Shown here piece by piece: positions 1 to 10,323 of a stretch of DNA of 64,000 nt (position 1 is the stretch's first letter; every line of letters begins with the position of its first letter). The stretch lies in NCBI GenBank assembly GCA_963726455.1, contig CAVSCK010000003.1, positions 256,001 through 320,000 of the forward strand. The letters run 5' to 3'. The DNA comes from an uncultured bacterium. Lineage in GTDB: Bacteria; Zixibacteria; MSB-5A5; CAIYYT01. A model generated the notes under the pieces. That model did no database searches and was not told where the DNA came from. It saw only the letters and a program-made list of their open reading frames with translations. The position numbers and the translations under genes were made by a program.

Positions 1-1791
1 CGTGGATGACTTTACCAGCAGATAGTATTTGGTCGCCTGCGTACGAGCTTGCGGAATATTAGTCTTATACAGCGTGTCTACTCGCACCTTGAGAACCGGA
101 TCCGCAAAGGGTGTTCGGCTCTTGGGAAATATCAGGTGCCCTCTGGCGGGATCTATGATCTGCGGATTGCGCGTGTCGATTTGATTATCAGCGTTGTCGT
201 CCAGTCCCAACAGATTTATAAAGTACTTTCCGTCCTGGCTGTCAAGTTCTGACGGGTCACGGTCTTCCACGTTCGTCGCGTCACCTTTGTAAATCTTCAC
301 TTCCAGATTATCGAGGTCGTCAATCTTGCCCCCGAGACTGTAAACATTGCGCCACACTAGTTGCCAGGTCTGGTAATTCGGTTGCGGATTCGAATGAGCT
401 ATCAGTTTCATTACTAAAGTGTCATTGTCCGGTTTGGCGCCGATCGAGCGGTCGGAGTTTTCGCCGGCCCGCCGGAAAGTGATATAGGCGCCGATCGTCA
501 GATCGCTCGTGACCGGCCGATCCATCACGACATAATGTTCCTTCGGATTGTACACGAAGTTGCCGCCGCCCTGATATGGCGGATCGTGCATGTAGGGCAG
601 AAAATTGCCGACGACATTTTCGTTCGTGAATTCTGATTTTCTAAATGGGTCGACGTAGAGACTGCACTGTTTGGCGTCCGTGTATCCCGGTATGTTCGCG
701 GTTGCGTTGACGGAGAAGTACAGTTCCAGATTCGTGATACTGTCACCCGGTTGCAGATCTCCTTCCGAAACCGAGTCACGCCGCGTCAGATCGAAATAAG
801 TCATGTCCAAAAACTGGTAATCCCTGATGACGTGCGTCTGTGATTCCGATCCCGCCTTGAAACTCGCTCCCTGATTGGAGGATTTCTCCTGCGATGCAAT
901 CGCGGTCAGTTTCAGCCCGCCCAGTTCGGCGGTTGTCTTGACTCCGAACAGTCCTTGAATCGAACGCGAGTATCCCGTGAATCGCGTTCCCGGCAGCGAC
1001 AGATTCGTGTTGCCCAGTTCCACCGTCTTCACCACGTCGTCTTCATCCCCCTTGTACCGCAATTGAATCTTATTGGCCAACGACTGCTGGCGCTTGGAAT
1101 CCTGGTTGACGTCAACGAAAATCTTCGAGCCGATGTTGCCGCTTATCGTGAAACTCGACTGCTGCTCCATATTCAAAGACGGAAACTTGCTCTGCTTTTG
1201 ATTCGGGAGGGATACCCCTTCCTGCCACTGGCTCCTTCCGGAAAACGATATCGTTCGGTAACCGTTGACCTTCAGCCCCGCGCCACCCTCACCCATGATG
1301 GATTTTGCGATCGCCGGCACCTTGAACGGTATCTCAAACTGAATCAGACTGCCGCCCGAGTCCTGCTTCGTCTTCTTCGCGAGATTCTGATATCCTTCCT
1401 TCCACAACCGGCGTGATTGACTGTCAAGTAACCACTGCCGGTAATTGATCGGATCGGCGGCAGCCGGCAACCCAACATTCTGGAATCTGCCGTATCCCTG
1501 ATTGAAGATGAGCAGACGACTATTGGCGTCATACTGGAACGTCAGTCTCCGCTGAATTGCGTCAGACTTTAGCAGCGGTATCGAATCCAGTGAACGTGAC
1601 AGGCCGATATCAGGTTTTTCAGGACTAATGTAAGCGACAACAGTCTGCGGCATTTGCAGCTTCATACGAATGCCCGCAGAATAGGAGGTCGAGGCAATCA
1701 CAAGTACCAGAGCTGCGCAGTATAGCAACAACCGCACTCCGGCCCCGCGGCCTCGTGATGAGGAAGTATGATTAGAAAACGCTAAGGTCAT
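1..1791 (-). CDS. sprA: Cell surface protein SprA/Sov-like outer-membrane translocon (T9SS), N-terminal part; runs off window; indels near 5' end
   Basis: Manual minus-strand translation: EIPFKVP..GEGGAGLKVNG..FPSLNMEQQSSFTISGNIGSKIFVDVNQDS..NRIQLRYKGDEDDVVKTVELGNTNLSLP..GLFGVKTTAELGGLKLTAIASQEK. Absent from the ORF track because it has no stop in the window. Confidence 0.85.
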   Translation of the reverse strand, partial: MTLAFSNHTSSSRGRGAGVRLLLYCAALVLVIASTSYSAGIRMKLQMPQTVVAYISPEKPDIGLSRSLDSIPLLKSDAIQRRLTFQYDANSRLLIFNQGYGRFQNVGLPAAADPINYRQWLLDSQSRRLWKEGYQNLAKKTKQDSGGSLIQFEIPFKVPAIAKSIMGEGGAGLKVNGYRTISFSGRSQWQEGVSLPNQKQSKFPSLNMEQQSSFTISGNIGSKIFVDVNQDSKRQQSLANKIQLRYKGDEDDVVKTVELGNTNLSLPGTRFTGYSRSIQGLFGVKTTAELGGLKLTAIASQEKSSNQGASFKAGSESQTHVIRDYQFLDMTYFDLTRRDSVSEGDLQPGDSITNLELYFSVNATANIPGYTDAKQCSLYVDPFRKSEFTNENVVGNFLPYMHDPPYQGGGNFVYNPKEHYVVMDRPVTSDLTIGAYITFRRAGENSDRSIGAKPDNDTLVMKLIAHSNPQPNYQTWQLVWRNVYSLGGKIDDLDNLEVKIYKGDATNVEDRDPSELDSQDGKYFINLLGLDDNADNQIDTRNPQIIDPARGHLIFPKSRTPFADPVLKVRVDTLYKTNIPQARTQATKYYLLVKSST

Positions 1792-1822
1792 GCATTAAAT
1801 AAGATTCCGATAATTTCCTCCT

Positions 1823-2759
1823 TCAGTTGAAGTCTCCCAGCAATATAACCTCCTCGGTAAGATCTACACCGTATGCTTGCTTGACCTTCTCCTTTAATCT
1901 TATCGACAATTCTCGCACTTCAGACGCGGTCGCACCACCTTTGTTGATTAAAATGTTGGCGTGCCCCGGATAAACACCCGCGTGCCCGACTTCCATTTGC
2001 TTGGCGCCCATCTGCTCCAGAAGCTGCCCGGCAGCAATTTTCCCGAATGGCGCCTGTGCCGACTCGATATTCTTAAAGAAACACCCGGCCGAAATGTTTT
2101 CCTTCGGATTCTTCTGCCAGCGCTCCGCCAATATCTGCTCCATCTTCTCCGTAAGCGCTTTTGCATCACCGTGTTGCAGCCGAATTCTTGCCGAAATCAC
2201 GATGTTCTCCGACCACTTAAGATCACTATGGCGGTATCTGAATCCAAGATTTTCAGGGTCTCCGTGTAAAATCCCTTAACCGGATGATAGAGATAGACAT
2301 CGACCAGATAGTCAGATAGTGTAACTCCGTAAGCGCCTGCATTGCCGACTATGGCTCCACCTACTGTGCCGGCGATGCCCGCCAGCGATTCGAGACCCTG
2401 CAATCCTCGCAACCGTCTCTTCCACAAGCTGGCTGCAATGAGTAACCGGCGCCGACGTTGATCAGCATATCATCGATCTGCAGCGTCTCGATCTGCGGAA
2501 CTATTATCATGCCGCGATAACCCTTGTCCGACGCCAGAATATTCGAACCACCACCGATGACGAAATAGTCCAGCCGCTCTTTCTTGCAGAATTCCACGGC
2601 CGCTACAATCTCGTCTGCTGTCTGGCAGAACGCCACCCAGTCAGCCGGACCGCCAATACCAAAGGTGGTCAGTTTGCTGATCGGATAATTCTGTTCAAGT
2701 CGAAAACGAGTAGTAATCTGCGTAGTAGTCACACTGGTCCTGTCGGGAGTTATTGCCAC
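1823..2759 (-). CDS. murB: UDP-N-acetylenolpyruvoylglucosamine reductase (split by indels)
   Basis: LTTFGIGGPAD, GGGSNIL, GIAGTVGGAIVGNAGAYG, SAGCFFKN, HANILIN across three overlapping ORFs. Confidence 0.93.
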
Positions 2760-2808
2760 TAAACGGTTCTCTCCACCAATGGGAATATACCATATCCCCG
2801 CAATTAAA

Positions 2809-3147
2809 TCAAGTCTTGTCTTGAGCAGTGTCCGAAGTAGTTGTACCGCTTGAAGTAGGATCGGTTCCGGTTTTTTGATCCTTGCCGGCTTCGTCGACAT
2901 AATTCATCTGCAGTTCATACAGCAGACGCGCCAGCAGTTTGCTTTCGTTCTCGGCCAGATTGCCGGCGGTTTTGCGCTTGATCATCTCCATCATCTCGAT
3001 TGTCGCCTGGGCCTGCTCCAGATCACGCTCAACCTGGCCGGTGAGCGGATTCATAATCTTGCCCAGCTGCTGCATTCCGGCAGCATGCAAGCTGAAGAGC
3101 AACGCCGAAAACAGTGCCTGATCAGTATGCTGTTGTTCCGCCATCAA
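2809..3147 (-). CDS. DUF1844 family protein
   Basis: MQQLGKIMNPLTG..DLEQAQATIEMMEMIKRKTAGNL..LYELQMNYV. Confidence 0.85.
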   Translation of the reverse strand: MMAEQQHTDQALFSALLFSLHAAGMQQLGKIMNPLTGQVERDLEQAQATIEMMEMIKRKTAGNLAENESKLLARLLYELQMNYVDEAGKDQKTGTDPTSSGTTTSDTAQDKT

Positions 3148-3348
3148 TGATTCTCTTCCATTTCCAGCGCGATCTTTACTGAATGCTCAAAATCAATCAA
3201 CTCGGCGTCAATTTTCTTCAATTGCCGCTGAAATTCATAGTCCTGCGCCAGATCAATCCACTGCTCCAGTCGCTTCGATATATCACTGCGCCTCATCGAG
3301 CATCTTCCGTAGCTCGTCCTTGATCAGCGCATCTCTATGAGACCCCAC
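3144..3348 (-). CDS. Small helical hypothetical protein (about 67 aa, one indel)
   Basis: Manual translation fills the recG-DUF1844 gap and overlaps both neighbours: (V)GSHRDALIKDELRKMLDEA / SDISKRLEQWIDLAQDYEFQRQLKKIDAELIDFEHSVKIALEMEENH*. Confidence 0.6.
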
Positions 3349-5436
3349 TTGACCGCTCCAGTTGACGTTGTGTCTTGATAAACTGATTCAACCTGGCCTT
3401 CTCCTCAGCCGAGGTCAGTTGCTTATCCACAAGCAACTTATGTGCCCATTCGCGCGCCGTCAAGATTAAACTTAGGTCACTCACCAGATTGGCGACCTTG
3501 AATTCCGGCATGCCGCTCTGCCTGATCCCCAGCAGATCGCCCGGTCCGCGCAGTTCCAAATCAAGCTCTGCAATCGCAAATCCATCGCCGCTCTCTACAA
3601 AGCGCTGCAACCTCTGGAAGCTCTCGGTCAATTCGTCCATCTCGGTCATCAGAATGCAATACGATTTCTTGTCCGACCGCCCGACTCTCCCGCGCAACTG
3701 ATGCAACTGACTTAGACCAAATCGCTCGGCATGTTCGATCAGAATCACGGTTGCATCCGGAATATCTATTCCTACTTCAACCACCGTCGTCGCCACCATG
3801 ATTCCGATTTGCCGCTGCGAAAACCGCGACATCATTTCATCACGTTCATCTTTTTTCATCTGACCATGCACCATTCCAATCGACAAATCGGGAAATACTT
3901 CTTCCTTGAGTTCCTTGTATGCCTTGGTCGCCGCGCGCAACTGCACCTTCAGCGATTCCTCCACCAGCGGATAGATGACAAACACCTGATTGCCGCGCGT
4001 TACTTCGTCGCGAATGAATTTGTAAATCTTGGGTCGCTCCGCCTCGGTGCGCAGCGCCGTCCGTACCGGCAACCGCCCGACCGGCATCTGGTCGATGATC
4101 GACAGATCCAGATCGCCGTACGCCGTCAGCGCCAGCGTGCGCGGAATCGGTGTCGCCGTCATCACCAGCAAATCAGGCAGCTCCCCTTTCTCCAGCAATG
4201 CTTCACGCTGCGCCACACCGAACCGATGCTGCTCGTCCACGATCACGTAGGCCAGATTGTGATACTCGACATCTTCCGAAATCAGCGCATGTGTGCCGAT
4301 TAGGATGTCGATTTCGCCGCTCGCCAGATCAGCTGAGCAATTGTTGCCTCGCCGGCGCCGGAGTCGAACCTGTGAGCAATTCCACTCGAATGTCAGACAT
4401 TGGCGAGAATCCTCGAAATCGTCTGATAATGTTGCTGCGCCAGAATCTCCGTCGGCGCCATCAGTGCTGACTGATATCCCACGTGTGCCACCAACGCCAT
4501 CGTCAATGCCGCCACCACCGTCTTGCCCGATCCGACATCACCTTGCAACAATCTCTGCATCGCAAACGGCTTGAGCAAGTCTTCGCTGATTTCTGCGATC
4601 GAGCGATTCTGCGCGGCCGTCAGTTTGAATGGCAACGAGTCCGTCAGTTGACGCTGCCGTTGATCCGGGGGTTGAATCTCTTGCGGCTTGTGATGGTGCG
4701 CCATCCGCTGTCGACGATCGACAACCTGTATCTGAAACAGAATCAGTTCCCGCAGCGCCAGAGTCTGGCGCGCCATATCGCGAATCTCAAAGTTGTCCGG
4801 ATAGTGCATCTGGCTGACCGCCGTCGGCAAATCCATCAAGTTCAATTCAGCAACGACTTGCTTCGGCACCAAATCTTCGAGATGACCCGCATACTGATCC
4901 AGCGCCGGTTTGATGATTTTGCGAAACCCGCGCGAATCGAGATAGATCCGCTTGAGTGCTTCAGTCGACGGATACAGCGGGATGATTCTGCCGGTGTGAA
5001 GCTTCTCTTCTTCTTCAGTGTCGAAAATGATCTCGACTTCCGGGTGCGCCATCTGCAGACCGCGAAAATCGGTCACCTTCCCCGACACCGACAGCGTCAT
5101 CCCCTTCTTGAATCTTCCCGCAAAATACTTCAGTCCCTCAAACCAGACCAGCGGCACATTCCCGGTGCCATCGGTGATCAAGACTTCATAGTATGCCCGG
5201 CTCCGCGTGCGCAACAGTCCCTGCGTCAGCACTCTGCCGACGACCGTGACTTCCGCCCCTAGCGCCAGTTCTGCGATTGGTGTCAGCTTCGACCTGTCAA
5301 GATACCGCCGCGGAAAATAATAGAGCATATCCGCAACCGTCTCGATGCCGATAGTCTTTAGCGCCTCCGCCTTTTTCGGCCCGACACCCTTCAGATACGT
5401 AACTTCAATTTCCGCCGGATTATTCGTCACAGCCAT
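3335..5436 (-). CDS. recG: ATP-dependent DNA helicase RecG (split by indels near 4250-4400)
   Basis: LKGVGPKKA, LLQGDVGSGKT, MAPTEILAQQH, DEQHRFG, MTATPIPRTL, QLHQLRGRVGR. Confidence 0.96.
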
Positions 5437-5524
5437 GTCGGCAATGTGATAGATGTTTGGCTGAATGTCAATCGCAGTAGTTGGCGAGTAAGTTGCATGT
5501 CAAAACCGCTTCGGTTTTGACGCT

Positions 5525-5629
5525 GCTCGGGGTTGTGTCATTCCCACGCAAGACGTAGCTCGGGGTCGTGTCACTCCCACGCAAGACGTAGCTCGGGGTG
5601 GTGTCATTCCCACGCAAGTGGGAATCCAG
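5525..5629. repeat. Three tandem 33-bp units ending in a complete GTCATTCCC..GGGAATCCAG palindrome (REP/dRS3-like)
   Basis: gctcggggtNgtgtcaYtcccacgcaag at 5525, 5558, 5591; last unit forms hairpin attcccac-gcaa-gtgggaat; related inverted copy at 34913-34940. Confidence 0.85.
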
Positions 5630-5723
5630 GCTTGTTCGCTCTGACAAATTCGAGCAGTGGTAAGTCAAGACCGAAGCGATTTTGACCTACAGAACTAGAG
5701 GGAAATTCATCCTACCTCTTCCC

Positions 5724-6233
5724 TCACCTGATAACTTCAAACCTCGCTGGATCAATCTTCGTCTTGAGGAATTTGATCACACAATCCTTCTTTCTTCTGC
5801 TCAAGCAATCGGCGAGAGTGAACATGAATTCTCCATCTGAGTCGTAAAACGATATCTCATATCCGCCAAGGAACTGTAGCGAGTTCCTTGCAATTCTCAC
5901 CCGCTTCACATCTTCGTACCTGGCAAAAAGCCACTTCTTTCGTTTGCCATCGATTCGTCGGTAGCAATGGAGTACCTCATCGTCGAAGAAGACCAACCTA
6001 CTAAACTGTGCAGCATCGTTGCCAAACAGAAACAGGAGAAACACAAACGATGTGCCGATTAGGAACCATATTTCCTTTGAGTCCGTGTGGTAGAACAGAA
6101 GTATCTTGCACGCCAGCCAGACGAGCCACCCGAAACCCAAGAGCGGTAATAGAAGAACGATCCGCCTCCAAAGTGACAGCTCCCATACGATAAGGCGTAT
6201 CCCCTTCCTGTAATACTCACTACTCACATTCAC
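5724..6233 (-). CDS. Hypothetical membrane protein (two TM helices plus soluble domain)
   Basis: 169-aa ORF with two hydrophobic segments; co-oriented with neighbours. Confidence 0.65.
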   Translation of the reverse strand: MNVSSEYYRKGIRLIVWELSLWRRIVLLLPLLGFGWLVWLACKILLFYHTDSKEIWFLIGTSFVFLLFLFGNDAAQFSRLVFFDDEVLHCYRRIDGKRKKWLFARYEDVKRVRIARNSLQFLGGYEISFYDSDGEFMFTLADCLSRRKKDCVIKFLKTKIDPARFEVIR

Positions 6234-6277
6234 CGACTGCCCCTACGCCCGCCACTATGTTAGGCACTCCGCCCCCC

Positions 6278-7705
6278 TCACTTCCTCCCTCTCTCCAACC
6301 TATCCCGTTCCGCATTTTCGACCGTTTGCACTTCGCTCAGTCTGCTTTGCCACAAATTCGTATCTCTCGCCGCGCCGGACTCAAGATAATGCTGGATATA
6401 CAACCGCGCCGTGATACAGTCCGCCAATCGGTTCCTTCGCGACCGCATAGCCTCACGATAGGCATTCTCCGCCTGCCATTGTTCCGGCGCCATCACTTGC
6501 AGCGAATCATACCAGTCGGTCAAACTTCCGCGTTCGGCATCGTACTGTGACGTGGTCCTGGCATACTTGCCCGTATCCCATGCCTGAAACACCACCGGCA
6601 CATACTTCCCCGAATCCAGCATCGCCTGCACACGCAGTTCGTATTCCGCCGGATCAAACGTCTCCGCGAATTTGCGCTTCTGAATCTCTAACTTTGGCAG
6701 TCCCGTCTCCACACTGTCAATCGCCAAAGGAATCGACGGCCCAACATTCATCCTGGCCGCCGCCGGCGGCGCCGTTATGGCCTGATATTGCCTTGCAGCC
6801 GCGTCCGCATTCTTCTTGAGATCGTCAAATGAATAGGGCACTGCGCGCTCGGCCGGCTTCTCAGCTTCCTTCAGCGCTCCCTTTGAGGAATCATTCACTG
6901 GTATCTTCGCAGATCTGGAATACTGCGAGAGACCCGATGACAGTGCTTTCGGTTCGCTGGTCGGTTTCCCCGCGCCTGCCGGCGCCACAATTGTCGCCGC
7001 CGTCTCACTTCGGTTCGGCTCCGCAGACAGCAGCCGTCTTATTGTATCCGCCGGCTGTACCACACTCGGTTGCGCCTGCTGCGGAATTGCCATCGTCGGC
7101 CTGGCTTCCCGGTGCTCCGGAAACACCGGCGGTTCTTTGTACTCAGAATCCGGCACCGGCTCTGGAATTCGTTCTCCCTGTACCGTCTTCCCGCGCGTCG
7201 TATCCGGCAGCTCCTTCACGATCTGATACCGGTCTGCTCCCTCTGGCAACGGTTTCCGCTGGATCGCCGGCTGCATCTCGCCCGATGTCTGCTTCTTTCT
7301 TTCCTCCGGCGGATTTACGATGATCGTCTTCGGAACCGTGTACCTTTCCGACGCCGGTTTGAAAACCTGGTTGACCACCACCACAATCAGGAATACCGCC
7401 GCCACCGAACTCAGAATCGCAATCACCTTCGATTTCGGCATGATCGGCTGCAACAGCGCAAACCCTCGCTTGGGTCGTTCCTCGCGCGCCAGCCGCGAAT
7501 CAATCCGTTCCGCCAGACTATCGAAATACCCCTCGGCCGGCATCTGTGACGGCGCCTGCCTGGCTAAATCATGCAGCTTCCGCAACCGCTCGAGTGACTC
7601 CCTCAAATCCGGATTACGCTGTAGTTCCTTCTCGAACTCCGCCCGCTCAGAGGCCGAAAGTTTGTCATCGAGATACGCCGACAATCTATCGTCAAATTCT
7701 GGCAT
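6278..7705 (-). CDS. Anti-sigma factor (ASD, TM helix, long Pro-rich extracytoplasmic region)
   Basis: DRLSAYLDDKLSASERAEFE N-terminus, TM VIAILSSVAAVFLIVVVV, directly downstream of an ECF sigma. Confidence 0.8.
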   Translation of the reverse strand: MPEFDDRLSAYLDDKLSASERAEFEKELQRNPDLRESLERLRKLHDLARQAPSQMPAEGYFDSLAERIDSRLAREERPKRGFALLQPIMPKSKVIAILSSVAAVFLIVVVVNQVFKPASERYTVPKTIIVNPPEERKKQTSGEMQPAIQRKPLPEGADRYQIVKELPDTTRGKTVQGERIPEPVPDSEYKEPPVFPEHREARPTMAIPQQAQPSVVQPADTIRRLLSAEPNRSETAATIVAPAGAGKPTSEPKALSSGLSQYSRSAKIPVNDSSKGALKEAEKPAERAVPYSFDDLKKNADAAARQYQAITAPPAAARMNVGPSIPLAIDSVETGLPKLEIQKRKFAETFDPAEYELRVQAMLDSGKYVPVVFQAWDTGKYARTTSQYDAERGSLTDWYDSLQVMAPEQWQAENAYREAMRSRRNRLADCITARLYIQHYLESGAARDTNLWQSRLSEVQTVENAERDRLERGRK

Positions 7706-7711
7706 ACTAAC

Positions 7712-8278
7712 TTATGGCTCCAGCAAATCCTTCAATGCTTCCATCAATTGTTTACGTGCGCGATGCAGCCGCGACATCACTGTGCCCTCATTAATTTTGA
7801 GCGTCGCCGCAATATCGGCATAACTCATATCTTGCTGCATCCGCAAAACAAATACAATCCGGTACTCCGCCGGCAGTTGCGCCAGCGCTTGCTGGTACCG
7901 TTTATCAATCTCCTGTTGCGACAACGTTTGTTGCGGGTCGGGATCGACGGTCGCCATCTGCTCGAACACCGCTTCACTCTCCTCACTGTCAAGCTGGAAT
8001 TTCCGGCGCTGCAGGAAGTTGTAGGCGTTATTCGCGGCAATCCGCGCAATCCAGCCGCCGAATGCATACCTCTCGTCAAACGAGTCTATCGCCTGAAATG
8101 CCTTTATAAACGCCTCCTGAGTCAAATCATCAGCCACATCATGCGAACCACCAAGCCGAAAACATAGTGCGTAGACCTTGCGTTGGTGGCGCTTGACCAG
8201 CACGCCAAACGCCTTCCGGTCGCCCCGCTTGGCACGCCGTATCAACTCCTCGTCGGGAGTCTCGTCCGCGCCCACCAT
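7712..8278 (-). CDS. ECF RNA polymerase sigma factor (RpoE/SigW-like)
   Basis: GDRKAFGVLVKRHQ, ADDLTQEAFIKA, MSYADIAATLKINEGTVMSRLHRAR. Confidence 0.93.
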   Translation of the reverse strand: MVGADETPDEELIRRAKRGDRKAFGVLVKRHQRKVYALCFRLGGSHDVADDLTQEAFIKAFQAIDSFDERYAFGGWIARIAANNAYNFLQRRKFQLDSEESEAVFEQMATVDPDPQQTLSQQEIDKRYQQALAQLPAEYRIVFVLRMQQDMSYADIAATLKINEGTVMSRLHRARKQLMEALKDLLEP

Positions 8279-8299
8279 CCATACAAAGAAAAACAAGCT

Positions 8300-9349
8300 T
8301 TATTCCCCGGTTGCGCCCACGATCCTGTATGTCATTCGCTCGAAAATCTGCGCCTTGGCTTCCGCCGAAAATCGGTCGTCTGTTTCGGCCTGGTAAACCG
8401 CCAGCAGTGCCTTCACAAGCTCTTCCGGCGCATACCGTTCCGCCTGCTGCTGAAGATCCTTGAGGAAGTACGGATTCATCCCCATCATACCCGCCAAATC
8501 GCGATCGGCAATCTTGCCGGACAGCTTCCGGTACTTAAGCATCCGTTCGAACTGGCTGTAGATCGCCCAGAACAGCGGCACCTGCGCGCCCGAACCCGAA
8601 CTCTCCAGATAGCTCTTGATCGCCGCCAGTGAGTTTTCGAGTTTACGTAGTCCCAGTTGCTTGGCGGTCTCAAACTGCGAAAAGAAGTGGCTGTCGGACA
8701 GATACTCGCGGATATCATCCAGCGCTACTTTCTTCTTTCCCGCATGCACGATCGACAACTTCTCCACCTCGTTTTCGATATCGCCGCAATCCTTCCCCAC
8801 GATACGACAAAATTCCGTCACCGCATCGGCATCAATCGCAAACCCGCGCGCGCCGAAACGTGAACGCACGTATTCCGGCAGTGCTTCATCATAAAGATCT
8901 TTGATATCAACAACCGTGCAGCATTCATGCAGCGCCTTGGCGAAAGCCGTCCGGCCATCCAGCTTCTTCGCCACGCCAATAAACGTCACACTCGCATCCA
9001 GCGACTTCAACGCTTTCGGCAGAAATTGTTGTGACGGTTGCGGCAAACGCTCCAGTTCGGTCACAATCACGACCGTGTTTCCACCCAAAAGCGGTACTCC
9101 GAACAGTCGTTCCTCAAGTGCCGACGGGTTGGCCTTGTTGCCGCTCAGCGAGTAGCGGTTGTACGCCCGTTCACCCGCAGGCATCTTCAGCTTCACGACC
9201 TTTTCCGTCAGTAGAAAACGCTGGTAGTAGTTGTCCCCTAGCAGCAAATACGCCGGGTCGATCTTCCCCGTCTCGATTTGCCTCAACGCCTGAGCATAAC
9301 CCAACGGCTTTGGCCTGTACAGCTCTTGCCATACCCCGATGTTACCCAT
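8300..9349 (-). CDS. holA: DNA polymerase III delta subunit
   Basis: IDPAYLLLGDNYY, VPLLGG, IENEVEKL, MGMNPYFLK. The track ORF extension to 9643 only translates repeats. Confidence 0.85.
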   Translation of the reverse strand: MGNIGVWQELYRPKPLGYAQALRQIETGKIDPAYLLLGDNYYQRFLLTEKVVKLKMPAGERAYNRYSLSGNKANPSALEERLFGVPLLGGNTVVIVTELERLPQPSQQFLPKALKSLDASVTFIGVAKKLDGRTAFAKALHECCTVVDIKDLYDEALPEYVRSRFGARGFAIDADAVTEFCRIVGKDCGDIENEVEKLSIVHAGKKKVALDDIREYLSDSHFFSQFETAKQLGLRKLENSLAAIKSYLESSGSGAQVPLFWAIYSQFERMLKYRKLSGKIADRDLAGMMGMNPYFLKDLQQQAERYAPEELVKALLAVYQAETDDRFSAEAKAQIFERMTYRIVGATGE

Positions 9350-9388
9350 TTCAAGCACCTTTGTCAACCGCAACAACAGTCCATTCCA

Positions 9389-9641
9389 CTTCTCCCCTCT
9401 ACCACCGGAAAACGAGCCGGGGGTGAGGGAGCGCGTCAATCCCCTCGTGCGCGGCAGTCGTCCTCGCCTGCCGCGACGTCCGACCACAACCTCAGTAGGA
9501 CGAAAATTCCTGTTTGTCATTTCGCTTCTCCCCTCGCCCATCGGGAGAGGGGCCGGGGGTGAGGGCGCACACCGACTACAAAAACAGATTTCGCTTCTCC
9601 CCTCGCCCATCGGGAGAGACGCCGGGGGTGAGGGTGCGCAC
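9389..9641. repeat. Intergenic palindromic repeat cluster (CCCCTCNCCC..GGGAGAGG..GGGGGTGAGGG family plus one GCGGCAG hairpin)
   Basis: Near-identical copies at about 9519-9570 and 9588-9641, degenerate copy at about 9389-9430; gtgcgcggcagtcgtcctcgcctgccgc at 9447-9474 matches the 32 kb array unit. Confidence 0.85.
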
Positions 9642-9648
9642 AAACCAC

Positions 9649-9680
9649 AAAAAAAGGCGAGACCTTCGTCTCGCCTTTCC
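9649..9680 (-). terminator. Intrinsic terminator of the RNase H-like gene
   Basis: Minus strand: aaaggcgagac-gaag-gtctcgccttt followed by further Ts, about 20 nt after the stop. Confidence 0.85.
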
Positions 9681-9701
9681 CTGGGGAGGATATATGTAGT
9701 G

Positions 9702-10082
9702 TCAGTCCGCTGTCACTTGATTCTGTGCCGGATTCTCTCGTTGCGGAATCCAGTTCAGTGAATAGGTAAACTTGTTCTTGAACAGCAGCGCCATATTGCG
9801 AAACGGCTGCAAATCCCGGGCGCAGTACATCTGGTTGTTGATCTGGTTCACCACCGTAAAACTGTCGCCGTATATCTCGATCGTGCGATCGCGAAAGACC
9901 TGCGGATTCAATTCGACGAACTCCAGCAGCGTCAACAGCGAGGCGTATTCACATTCAGCAGGCGTGCCGGAAAAACGGGTGCGAAAAAGAATGCCGGCGT
10001 CCGGAATCGAGAACGACAGCACTGCATTGTGATGACCATCGGCGCGCTTGTCCATTACTCTTGTGTAGAAGTAGCATTCCAT
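9702..10082 (-). CDS. RNase HI-like fold protein with degenerate active site
   Basis: ECEYASLLTLLE, IEIYGDSFTVVNQIN, WIPQRENPA resemble RNase HI/RVT_3 motifs; SD GGAGG upstream. Confidence 0.7.
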   Translation of the reverse strand: MECYFYTRVMDKRADGHHNAVLSFSIPDAGILFRTRFSGTPAECEYASLLTLLEFVELNPQVFRDRTIEIYGDSFTVVNQINNQMYCARDLQPFRNMALLFKNKFTYSLNWIPQRENPAQNQVTAD

Positions 10083-10115
10083 CTCAGTCCTCCGTATCTT
10101 GCCGCCTATTCAACC

Positions 10116-10131
10116 AGCAAAGTCTGTGCCG
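10116..10131 (-). promoter_or_regulatory. Sigma54 -24/-12 promoter
   Basis: Minus strand CGGCAC-AGACT-TTGCT, about 34 nt before the ATG at 10082. Confidence 0.7.
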
Positions 10132-10323
10132 CCGAAAGTGATTGCACCGCAAGCATACCGAAACTGCACTGCTTTTGCGCCTCGCCCGCTAACACGTTAT
10201 CGCTGTGGATATTATCTGTTCCGTTGCGAAACAGAGGAAATACGGCGCAATTGCGCAAGTTCTCGACATCAAAATGCCGATGCAACGCGCTTCACAATTT
10301 TTGCAGTGAGGAAGATTTTTTTG

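Noticed and set aside
9350-9643. N-terminal extension of HolA (APSPPAPLPMGEG repeats)
   Set aside because: It is the translation of intergenic palindromic repeats.
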